A stretch of DNA of 64,000 bases, taken from Trueperaceae bacterium. GTDB lineage: Bacteria > Deinococcota > Deinococci > Deinococcales > Trueperaceae. The notes beneath the pieces are model-generated. The model worked only from the letters and a program-made list of their open reading frames with translations, ran no database searches and had not been told where the DNA came from. The DNA is taken from positions 640,001-704,000 of the forward strand of contig OZ243913.1 in NCBI GenBank assembly GCA_965213705.1, in the 5' to 3' direction. Position numbers and translations under genes: made by a program. Of this stretch, positions 41,555 to 49,079 are shown one piece after another; the stretch's first letter is position 1; each line of letters starts with the position of its first letter.

Positions 41555-42262
41555 ATGCAGTCCGGCACCTGGGAACGCTTAGCCTTGCCTTTCGGCCAGG
41601 ACGCGCTCGAGTGGCGCGTCTTAGAGGTCAAAACGGGGGACGACGCGACCGACCAAGCCAGGGTTCGGCCGCAACTCCGCTTTGAGCGGGTCGTGGCGCG
41701 GCTCGACGAAACTCTTACCCCAGCCGGTTGGTCGAACCGGTACGTGGGTTTGGGTATAAACGCTCTTGCTTGTGAATTGACGCTGGAGGGCGTGACCAAG
41801 TCGGGCGTCGTCGCGCTGAACGGTGCGGGTTCAACGGTCTTTTTCACCGTGTGCGTCCAAGACGCCCTCGTCTACGCCGCCGAGCTGTTCGGGTTGAAGC
41901 CGCCCGCCGACCCCCACCTCGTTTACTGGGTGGATTATGACCCCGAGGCCGGCGTGCCCTTATTCGAGCCCGACCTCGCCGCAGTCCACGCCGAGAACGC
42001 CGCCGAGACCTTTGCGGAGACCGGCCTTGGGTCGTCCGTTTCCCCCTCTCGTGGGCAACCGCCCACCGACGAGCCGCCCGCTCCAAAACCGGCCGGCCAG
42101 CAGGCCATAGACCGTCTTGTCGAACGCCTGCGCGGCGAGGGCAAGGGCTTAGAAGTCGCCAAGCTCGTCACCACCTACGGCGGTTACGGCGACGACCCCG
42201 AAGCAGCCAAAGAACTGTACTCGCAACTGCGCGCCCTGCTGCTCAAGGCTCCGCCCTCGTGA
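41555..42262 (+). CDS. Rad52/Rad22-like (DdrA-related) DNA-binding protein
   Basis: LALPF...LEWRV, V..RLDE.L.P.GWS, C.LTLEGVTK; TATACT 6 nt before ATG. Confidence 0.6.
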   Translation: MQSGTWERLALPFGQDALEWRVLEVKTGDDATDQARVRPQLRFERVVARLDETLTPAGWSNRYVGLGINALACELTLEGVTKSGVVALNGAGSTVFFTVCVQDALVYAAELFGLKPPADPHLVYWVDYDPEAGVPLFEPDLAAVHAENAAETFAETGLGSSVSPSRGQPPTDEPPAPKPAGQQAIDRLVERLRGEGKGLEVAKLVTTYGGYGDDPEAAKELYSQLRALLLKAPPS

Positions 42263-42278
42263 TACTTTCGGGGGCAGC

Positions 42279-43028
42279 GTGATAAAAGTCGTCGCCATCG
42301 GCGACGTTCACGGTCAGTGGGCCGAGGTGTGGCAAGCCCTCAAGGCCGCGACCGCCTGCGACGCCAAGTTGGCCCCGACCGAGGCCGTCGTCGAGGGCCG
42401 TTTTCAGGTGCTGTTCATCGGCGACCTCGTCCACTACAAAGACACGCTCGCTTACGCTCGAGCGGTCGGCGAAGAGCCCTACGACTCTACAAATCCCGAC
42501 CACCTGCGCCGCGCCGCCAAAGCGCAAGTGCGCGAACTGTACCGCTTTAAGGACTACGTCGACAAAGCGAACGGCAACGTGACCATCATCATGGGCAACC
42601 ACGACGAGGCGGCGCTGACCCACAACTTTGAACTCAGCACCCGCGGCGGCCTGAAACACGACGAGTTCAACGGCAAAAAAGGCGGTACCGCCCTGCCTGA
42701 GGACTTGCAAACCTGGATGCAAGCCTTCAAACGCGAGCAGCTTCTTTACAACGTACATTTCGCCCACGCCGGACCGCTACCCGGAATGCAGTACTTCGAC
42801 GACTTTTTTTATCACGACGCGGACACTAAAAAGTGGTGGTACAACAAACCCCAAATCTTCGCCCACACCGGTCACCGCTTCGGCGTCTACGGCCATACGG
42901 TGATGGAGGAGGGCATCTACGTCGACAAAGACAACCGCTTCGCCATGATAGACGCGCTTTCCCACCGACAATTTTTCGAGATGTTTTTGGACGAAGAGCG
43001 CTTGGACTACAGGGTGATGCAGTTTTAG
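42279..43028 (+). CDS. Calcineurin-like metallophosphoesterase
   Basis: IGDVHG, IGDLVH, GNHD, HAG, GHT. Confidence 0.88.
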   Translation: MIKVVAIGDVHGQWAEVWQALKAATACDAKLAPTEAVVEGRFQVLFIGDLVHYKDTLAYARAVGEEPYDSTNPDHLRRAAKAQVRELYRFKDYVDKANGNVTIIMGNHDEAALTHNFELSTRGGLKHDEFNGKKGGTALPEDLQTWMQAFKREQLLYNVHFAHAGPLPGMQYFDDFFYHDADTKKWWYNKPQIFAHTGHRFGVYGHTVMEEGIYVDKDNRFAMIDALSHRQFFEMFLDEERLDYRVMQF

Positions 43029-43134
43029 GCTCCGGTTTGCTCAAGACCGTCTCAACTTCGGCACCATGACACGAGTGCCGTCAGCCCACCTGCAGAAAGC
43101 TTGAAGTAGAGTGTGGACGCGACGACGGCAACAC

Positions 43135-43320
43135 CAGAAACTTTAGAAATTTTACGCGGACATTTATCGCGCCGCGCTCACACACCAAACTCGAGCCCTT
43201 CGGCTAAGGAAACCTGTGCAAAAACTTGTAAAAGCAAAAACTGCGCAGTTTGGAGAAAGTCTTGTCGTAGACGTAGTTTTTGAGACGGCCGAAAAAAGGG
43301 AGCATCGACTTGAGGAAGTT
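43135..43320 (+). pseudogene. Internally deleted relic of a DUF4160/DUF2442 pair
   Basis: Nucleotide similarity to 45779-45830 and 45905-46040 (AGAAACTTTAGAAAT..., CTTGTAA.AGCAAAAACTG..., GTAGTTTTTGA) with two deletions. Confidence 0.8.
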
Positions 43321-43428
43321 GGGGCTCGAGCCACTTGCCGACTTCAAATTTGCTTAGCGTTGAGGGCTCGAGCGGCCGTAGGGCGAGTACAGTCTGGTGG
43401 GTTTTGGGAAGGTGTTGAGGGCTCGAGG
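43316..43428. repeat. Array spacer repeat copy 1
   Basis: GGGCTCGAGCCACTTGCCGACTTCAAATTTGCTTAGCGTTGAGGGCTCGAGCGGCC...GTTGAGGGCTCGAG; CTCGAG at 43325, 43367, 43422. Confidence 0.9.
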
Positions 43429-43437
43429 TATGTCGTC

Positions 43438-43722
43438 CTACTTTTTCCCGTAGGCAGAGTCATGGTTAGGGTGAAGCGAAACGAACTTTAAGACATCTCC
43501 ATCACGCTTTACCACAGCACGGCATTTTTGAGTAACCCGAAGGGTGTAAGCATCCTCCGCGAGAGACTTAATGCTTTCCCACCGCAAGCCCTTGTCACGG
43601 TAAACTTGCGTCCAAGAAAGTTGTTTGAGTTTGCGCAGCGTTTTGAAAAAGGCCAGCAGTTCAACTTTTTCAAGCTCGAGCAAATCCGCCTGAAACTGAG
43701 GTCGGTTGAGGTCGAACTCCAC
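43438..43722 (-). CDS. Putative RelE/ParE-fold toxin
   Basis: 94 aa basic protein, YTLRVTQKCRAVV...HDSAY pattern; coupled to upstream small gene. Confidence 0.65.
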   Translation of the reverse strand: MEFDLNRPQFQADLLELEKVELLAFFKTLRKLKQLSWTQVYRDKGLRWESIKSLAEDAYTLRVTQKCRAVVKRDGDVLKFVSLHPNHDSAYGKK

Positions 43723-44012
43723 TACTCGTCCAACGGCTCGCCGTGCTCAGCTTCCCACCTTTTGCGAATCTCAGTCTCGAAGCTGTCCAAGTCCGTGACC
43801 TGAGTAGGATGTTCCCTAGCCCACTCGAGACCTTCAGCTATTTTGCTTTTGGCGGGTTCTTGGTGTAACCACAGTTCGTTGTCTGGAATAACCGTTGCCG
43901 TCTTGATAACCCAAACACCCTCTTCCGGCGTATCTACAACAACGGTGCGTCCGGCGTATTCCTTACCTAACGAGAGCTGTCCACTCTGACCTATCGTTTT
44001 TACTTGTGACAC
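43722..44012 (-). CDS. Putative antitoxin with AbrB-like N-terminus
   Basis: VKTIGQSGQLSLGKEYAG; acidic C-terminus; overlaps toxin start. Confidence 0.65.
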   Translation of the reverse strand: MSQVKTIGQSGQLSLGKEYAGRTVVVDTPEEGVWVIKTATVIPDNELWLHQEPAKSKIAEGLEWAREHPTQVTDLDSFETEIRKRWEAEHGEPLDE

Positions 44013-44094
44013 ACAAACCTACTTTCATGCTACAGGATAGCACGATTTAAACACATTAGAGATGTGATGGAGAGCTGACGAGATTGTGGAACTC

Positions 44095-44231
44095 ACGGCT
44101 CTTACCAACTTTGGGATTTGCTCAGCGTTGAGGGCTCGAGCGGCTATAGGATGATAATTGGGTGAAGTTGGGGATATTGGGGGCTCGCGGCGCTTGACAA
44201 CTTTGAACTCACGCAAGCAGGAGCTCGAGCC
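44095..44231. repeat. Array spacer repeat copy 2
   Basis: TTTGCTCAGCGTTGAGGGCTCGAGCGGCTATAGGATGATAATTGGG...GGGGGCTCGCGGCGCTTGACAACTTTG. Confidence 0.85.
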
Positions 44232-44500
44232 TAAGGAAAATAGCGATACATGTCTTTGCGGTGCAGCGCCCGCTTGAACACCACGGTGTCGTCTTCTACC
44301 GTAAAACCGACCCGGTAATCGCTAACTCAAATGCGGTAGGCGGCGTCAGCATTCTTCAGCTTTTTCAAGTTGGGTACGTCGGACAAACTATCCAAGGACG
44401 GGAAAGTATCGAAAGCCAACGTCTTGATGCGCTCGTAAGTTGCGTTACCCTGCAAGCGTTTTAAGTTTTTGACAAAACTTGCGGCGTAGACCGTTTTCAC
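44231..44500 (-). pseudogene. RelE/ParE family toxin with internal stop
   Basis: Manual translation VKTVYAASFVKNLK...AYRI*VSDYRVGF...LHRKDMYRYFP; TGA at 44327-44329. Confidence 0.85.
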
Positions 44501-44691
44501 TCGGCAAGCGCCGCGAGGGCTTGCTCGAGCGTCAACACTTCTCCTTTATCAGCTTCTTGTATCGCTCGCAAAAGGCAAACGTCTTCTATGACCTCGAGAA
44601 GCTCTTCGTACACGTCTATGGGAAGAAGTACGTGGGTTTTGTTGCCTTCTTCGTCATGGAGAAAGGAAGGGTCTCGCGCAGTGTCAACCAT
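44497..44691 (-). CDS. Antitoxin partner of the RelE/ParE pseudogene
   Basis: Small acidic protein; TACAAT 7 nt before ATG; stop overlaps toxin GTG. Confidence 0.75.
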   Translation of the reverse strand: MVDTARDPSFLHDEEGNKTHVLLPIDVYEELLEVIEDVCLLRAIQEADKGEVLTLEQALAALAE

Positions 44692-44714
44692 TTGGATCAT
44701 TGTAGCAGGCTTTG

Positions 44715-44829
44715 AGTTTTGGGTGGGCTCGAGCCGCTTATCGGCCTCAAGTTTGCTTAGCGTTGAGGGCTCGAGAGTCCATAAGGTAGTTAGGTCGGGT
44801 GAGGCTGGGAGGTGTTTGGGGCTCGAGCC
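44715..44829. repeat. Array spacer repeat copy 3
   Basis: CTCGAG at 44728, 44770, 44822 with conserved TTTGCTTAGCGTTGAGGG. Confidence 0.9.
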
Positions 44830-45065
44830 TACAACTGGTCCTGCGGTTCAGGCTCGGTGTTTTTAACTTTACCAAGCGCACGCTCAAACTTTTCACGGTT
44901 TCCCCGCTTGGCACGTTCCTCTAGATACTCGGTCGTCATGAGCGCCGCCATTTTTTCCGCCAACGCTGTAGCGACGAGTTGGTTGATGGAAACCCCCTCT
45001 TGCTTGGCGAGTTCCCGTGCCTGCTTGTGTAGGGATTCGGGTAGTCTCAGACTGATGGTGCTCAC
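44829..45065 (-). CDS. Ribbon-helix-helix antitoxin (HicB-C-terminal-like)
   Basis: MSTISLRLPESLHKQARELAKQEGVSINQLV. Confidence 0.85.
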   Translation of the reverse strand: MSTISLRLPESLHKQARELAKQEGVSINQLVATALAEKMAALMTTEYLEERAKRGNREKFERALGKVKNTEPEPQDQL

Positions 45066-45490
45066 AGCGCTCCTATCTTTTGCAGCAGCGTCTTAGGGCT
45101 GACGACTTCGAGCCCGAACGTCTCGACACCGGAAAAATCCTTTTCATTATAGGTCACAATAAAATTACAGGCTGCTTCCACCGCCAGCTCGAGCACCATG
45201 TCGTTTTTGGGGTCTTTGAGAAAAGGCCGCCACAGAAAGAAGATGTCGTGCTTGTTGGCAACTGAACAAAGGTAATCGAGGATGTCGTCAATATCTTCAT
45301 GATTTAGGCCTATATTCTCGCTCAGTCTTTTAGCTACCTCTTCGTATTCCAGCGCGAGTGGCACAGAGAGGTTGATTGCGAAGGTATCCGTCAGTCCTAT
45401 CAGCGTCAAAAGTTTGTAGGAAGCGCCTCGGCTCGAGCGCAGCGCGGAGATGAGGACGTTTGTGTCGAGAACGACTTGGTAGGGGTTCAT
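45062..45490 (-). CDS. PIN-domain toxin
   Basis: VVLDTNVLISAL, DPKNDMVLELAV, IVTYNEKDF. Confidence 0.9.
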   Translation of the reverse strand: MNPYQVVLDTNVLISALRSSRGASYKLLTLIGLTDTFAINLSVPLALEYEEVAKRLSENIGLNHEDIDDILDYLCSVANKHDIFFLWRPFLKDPKNDMVLELAVEAACNFIVTYNEKDFSGVETFGLEVVSPKTLLQKIGAL

Positions 45491-45534
45491 CTGGTATCAA
45501 ATACAATACCACGAAGGTAGTTCTCAGGTGTGTT

Positions 45535-45637
45535 TTGGGTTGGGCTCGAGCCACTTGCCAACTTCAAATTTGCTTAGCATTGAAAGCTCGAGCGGCCATA
45601 GGGTGATGATAGTCCGAAAGGTTGGAGGCTCGCGACG
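45535..45637. repeat. Array spacer repeat copy 4
   Basis: GGGCTCGAGCCACTTGCCAACTTCAAATTTGCTTAGCATTGAAAGCTCGAGCGGCCATAGGGTGATGATAGTC. Confidence 0.9.
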
Positions 45638-45668
45638 TATAAATTTGTGAAAAGGCTAAACTACGTTC

Positions 45669-45929
45669 ATGCCTTCAATCTGCATTTTCTACGGCATCGT
45701 CATCTACATGTACTACAACGACCACAATCCACCCCACTTCCACGCCGAATATACTGAATTTGAGGCCGTCTATACAATAGAAACTTTAGAAATCCTACGT
45801 GGAAATCTGCCGCGCCGCGCTCATGCACTCGTCGTAGAATGGGCTACCTTGAACCGGACAGAACTGCTGGACAACTGGCGCAAAGCAAGAGCGGCTGAGC
45901 CGCCCGCTAAACTCGAGCCCCTTGACTGA
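45669..45929 (+). CDS. DUF4160 family putative toxin
   Basis: MP.I..FYGIVIYMYYNDHNPPHFHAEY; TAAACT 6 nt before ATG. Confidence 0.88.
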   Translation: MPSICIFYGIVIYMYYNDHNPPHFHAEYTEFEAVYTIETLEILRGNLPRRAHALVVEWATLNRTELLDNWRKARAAEPPAKLEPLD

Positions 45930-45937
45930 GGAGATAC

Positions 45938-46216
45938 ATGCGACAACTTGTAAGAGCAAAAACTGTGCAACCTAGAGAGAGTTTTGTCGTAGATGTAGTT
46001 TTTGAAACGGACGAAAAGAGGAGCATTGACCTCGAGAAGTATCTGCAAGGCCCCGTTTTCGAAGCCGTGCGGAGTAACCCCGAGCTGTTCCAAAGTGTAA
46101 GGGTAGAGCGAGGGATTCTCACGTGGGGTGAAGGTGAGTTGTTGGCCGACATCGACCCTGACGTGCTTTATTACAATTTGGTTCCTGCACGTCTCGAGGA
46201 GGTTGAAGCGGCTTAG
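45938..46216 (+). CDS. DUF2442 family putative antitoxin
   Basis: GPVFEAV, LTW...DIDPDVLY; follows DUF4160 gene; GAGGAG RBS. Confidence 0.85.
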   Translation: MRQLVRAKTVQPRESFVVDVVFETDEKRSIDLEKYLQGPVFEAVRSNPELFQSVRVERGILTWGEGELLADIDPDVLYYNLVPARLEEVEAA

Positions 46217-46355
46217 GAAGATTGGGGCTCGAGCCACTTCCCGACCGAAGAGTTTGCTTAGCGTTGAAAGCTCGAGCGGCCATAGAGTGATTGTAGTCTG
46301 GTGGGGTCGGGGAGTTGTTGGGGGCTCGAGACACTTGCCAACTTCAAATTTGCGC
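46217..46355. repeat. Array spacer repeat copy 5
   Basis: CTCGAG at 46228, 46271, 46325; the unit restarts (ACACTTGCCAACTTCAAATTTG) after the third site. Confidence 0.9.
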
Positions 46356-46367
46356 TGAGTAAATTTT

Positions 46368-46637
46368 CTACGTCAACCTCTTATAAACATCCTTGCGGTG
46401 TCCGACGAGCATCAGAACGATGATATGTCCTTTGGTGTCTACAGAGTAGATGACTCGGTAATCGCCCACACGTAAGCGGTACAGTTGCTTAGCACCCCTG
46501 AGCTTTTTCGTGTTCGGCCCAAGGGGATTCTCGGCAAGCTGCCGGGTTCGCTCGACGATAAGTTGTACAGTCTCGGCAGGCAGCTTTTGCAGCGCTTTTT
46601 CGAACGAGCGGCGGGCGCTCAGGCTATAACTTGCCAC
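46368..46637 (-). CDS. RelE/ParE family toxin
   Basis: KKLRG...YRLRVGDYRVIYSV...VGHRKDVY. Confidence 0.92.
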   Translation of the reverse strand: MASYSLSARRSFEKALQKLPAETVQLIVERTRQLAENPLGPNTKKLRGAKQLYRLRVGDYRVIYSVDTKGHIIVLMLVGHRKDVYKRLT

Positions 46638-46821
46638 TGCGTTTCAAGTCGCTTACAAGTTCGTCAAAGGGAAGGGTATCTTCTTCCCCGAGTTCGGCGA
46701 CCACAGCCAAGTCGTGCAGGTCCTCGAGAAGCTCTTCGTACACGTCGATGGGAAGCAGTACGTGGGTTTTGTTGCCTTCTTCGTCGTGAAGAAAGGAAGG
46801 GTCTCGGGCAGTGTCGACCAT
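46624..46821 (-). CDS. Antitoxin partner of the RelE/ParE toxin
   Basis: 65 aa acidic protein; N-terminus identical to 44497-44691 product; TACAAT upstream. Confidence 0.78.
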   Translation of the reverse strand: MVDTARDPSFLHDEEGNKTHVLLPIDVYEELLEDLHDLAVVAELGEEDTLPFDELVSDLKRSGKL

Positions 46822-46844
46822 TTGGATTATTGTAGCAGGCTTTG

Positions 46845-46910
46845 AGTTTTGGGTGGGCTCGAGCCGCTTACTCCTTTTGGACTTGCATAAAATGAGGGTT
46901 CGCAACCGAC
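46845..46910. repeat. Array spacer repeat copy 6 (partial)
   Basis: GGGTGGGCTCGAGCCGCTTA...TGAGGGTTCGC. Confidence 0.65.
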
Positions 46911-46930
46911 GTTTTAGAAGCCCTGAACAC

Positions 46931-47281
46931 CTATAATCCCAGACAGTAGCAAACAGCTTCCTCAACTTCTTCAAGTATTCTTTCGGAAAGCCCACCTGCT
47001 GCTTGGGCTGGAAACCTCGCAGCGTCGACGGAGCGTAACTGAAAGCCGAGAAAAACGGTCTCGAGTGGTAACCCACTTTCGCTGGTCGGCACCCGCACAT
47101 TCGTTCGGTAATCTCGTTTGACGTTGTCGCCCTTTGTACCGACAACAACCGTGACCACCAGCGGGCGTGAGTTGATTTCGTCAATCGAGAGCACAAGCAC
47201 CGGCCGACTTCCCGCTTGTTCACGCCCCGTCGTAGGGTTCAAGTCGACAAAATAGATTTCGCCACGTTTTGGATGCGTCAC
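46931..47281 (-). CDS. MazF/PemK family toxin
   Basis: RGEIYFVDLNPTTGREQAGSRPVLVLS, QLRSVD..R. Confidence 0.92.
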   Translation of the reverse strand: MTHPKRGEIYFVDLNPTTGREQAGSRPVLVLSIDEINSRPLVVTVVVGTKGDNVKRDYRTNVRVPTSESGLPLETVFLGFQLRSVDAARFPAQAAGGLSERILEEVEEAVCYCLGL

Positions 47282-47493
47282 AAGCCGCCAAGTCCGTCTT
47301 CTTCAGTTAGGCGGAACTCGACATCTAATGCACTCAGTTCTCGTTGAATATCGGGGTCGGCAACCATTTCGTCTAAGTCACTGCCAACGTCTTTTTGCAA
47401 GGTAGAGGCGAGCCGTTCAAGCAGCCACAGTTTGTCCTCATGCGTGAGGTTGGTGATTTGTTTTTCTAAGTCGAGTAAAGCTCGAGAGGCCAT
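47278..47493 (-). CDS. Putative antitoxin of the MazF/PemK toxin
   Basis: 71 aa acidic protein; starts at the ATG inside repeat copy 7, 6 nt after TATAAT. Confidence 0.75.
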   Translation of the reverse strand: MASRALLDLEKQITNLTHEDKLWLLERLASTLQKDVGSDLDEMVADPDIQRELSALDVEFRLTEEDGLGGL

Positions 47494-47570
47494 AGGATGA
47501 TTATAGTCGGGTGGGGTTGGGGAGGGTGTTGAGGGTTCGAGGCGCTTGCTAATTTTGAATTTGTGCGCCG
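47477..47570. repeat. Array spacer repeat copy 7
   Basis: AAAGCTCGAGAGGCCATAGGATGATTATAGTCGGGTGGGGTTGGGGAGGGTGTTGAGGGTTCGAGGCGCTTGCTAATTTTGAATTTG. Confidence 0.88.
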
Positions 47571-48002
47571 CAATCTTCAAAATAAATTTGAGGTATTATT
47601 TCGGAAATGTTCGACCCTGTTCAAGAGTTTGATTTGCTTTCAAAACCAGGAAATTTGGGGTTCTATTCACGTTGTGAAATCACTACCATCTTCTTAAAGA
47701 AAAAAGGAGAGAAACAGCCGAAAAATTTGTATACGCTGTGCGTTTTAGAAGAATCCACCTTACCTAAAAACATCTTTACCTGTATCACGCCAAAATTGCA
47801 GTCGATTACGGCGGAGGTATCTTTAGGTATCGTCCGACATTACGAATCTCTGGAAAACACTCGAGCAAAGTACGTGCAACTTTTCCAGAATAACACTTGG
47901 GAAAACGAAGGTGAATTTCTTGGACTGTCGAAGCCAAAACCTCTGCCAAAACAGTTTGTGCCCTCAACAGAAAATACGCCACTCAATTCAGTTCTAAAGA
48001 AT

Positions 48003-49079
48003 TAGGACTTACGCACACAACTGCATAGGAATAGCAGGATGTTTGAGCTGCTGTCTCATGTAGTTGTCGAGTTGTCCAAACTTAAGCTGATAAACAGTGG
48101 TGCCGAGTCGAGTAGCAAAGCGCTTAAGCTGCGCCCAGACCAAGAAAGAACAAGCGATGTGGTTTCTCAGGGCTCTGGACATGCGGCATTGACAACCTTC
48201 AAGACCCGTTACTTGTTTGGCTTCACGGTGAAACTGCTCAATCTTCCAGCGAACGCCGCAGTGATGTTTCACAACGTCCGAGTCGTCCTGAGTCATGTCA
48301 TTGGTGACAATACAATCCGTGCGCTCGGTAGAGACCGCTAGCCGGAACAGTTTCATACGGTGACCTTTGGGCATCTTTTTGAGGTGAATCGTCTTGCCTT
48401 CTCTCAGTTCTTCGTCGCTCCAGTCTAAGCTGTCAACACGCTGATGTTTTCTCTCACCCTCGCTGTCATCAACGTGACGGTTCGTTTTGATGGGGCAGTA
48501 GTAGATTTTCTCTAACGACTCGATATATTTGATAACTTGCATGGAGGCGTACCAGCTATCCATCAGCACCGTCTTGAAAGAGAGTCTCTTGCCGTGCAGA
48601 ACGTTGTCGAGCATTTCCAGCATGTGCTTGATTTTGCTCTGCTCATCCCCCTCGGGGTCATACACCCGAAAGTCAATCACCCAGAACTGCTGCGTCTCAG
48701 GATTGACGTAGACGCACGTTACTACCCCGATGCCGTAGATGACCCGCTTTTCGTTCCCGCTCCACTGCCGCCTAACTAAGCGTGAATGGCGGCTATGGCG
48801 TTTGTCCAGCACCACATCGTCAAACAACACATAGCCCTGTTCGCTCAGCACCACATCCTCTCGCACGTTCTCCCACAGGGTTCTCGGTGTCAGCGTATCC
48901 AGCCGTAAAAAGCGATTCATGCTGTCGTGGCTATAACGCTCGCTATGGTCTGCCAGGTACGTCTGTGTGTAGTTGATTTGGCTACTAATCAAAAACTGAC
49001 AGTAGTCCAACCGGTGTTGCTGATAGTCCATAGCCCATGCCAGCAAGTCTTTTCATTTGAAGCGTGTGCGTAAGTCCTA
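48003..49079 (-). mobile_element. IS701-family insertion sequence, 1077 bp
   Basis: Perfect 16 bp TIRs TAGGACTTACGCACAC / GTGTGCGTAAGTCCTA; GAAT duplicated at 47999-48002 and 49080-49083. Confidence 0.92.
48009..49046 (-). CDS. IS701-family DDE transposase
   Basis: YCQFLISSQINYT, FDD.VLDK, LMDSWYA, RWKIEQFHREAKQ. Confidence 0.92.
   Translation of the reverse strand: MLAWAMDYQQHRLDYCQFLISSQINYTQTYLADHSERYSHDSMNRFLRLDTLTPRTLWENVREDVVLSEQGYVLFDDVVLDKRHSRHSRLVRRQWSGNEKRVIYGIGVVTCVYVNPETQQFWVIDFRVYDPEGDEQSKIKHMLEMLDNVLHGKRLSFKTVLMDSWYASMQVIKYIESLEKIYYCPIKTNRHVDDSEGERKHQRVDSLDWSDEELREGKTIHLKKMPKGHRMKLFRLAVSTERTDCIVTNDMTQDDSDVVKHHCGVRWKIEQFHREAKQVTGLEGCQCRMSRALRNHIACSFLVWAQLKRFATRLGTTVYQLKFGQLDNYMRQQLKHPAIPMQLCA

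Noticed and set aside
43316..47570. CRISPR array interpretation of the repeats
   Set aside because: Repeats are long and degenerate, are separated by whole genes rather than 30-40 bp spacers, and no cas genes are present
43316..47570. Canonical integron attC sites
   Set aside because: No clear RYYYAAC...GTTRRRY inverted core and no IntI in the window; not formally excluded without a covariance-model search
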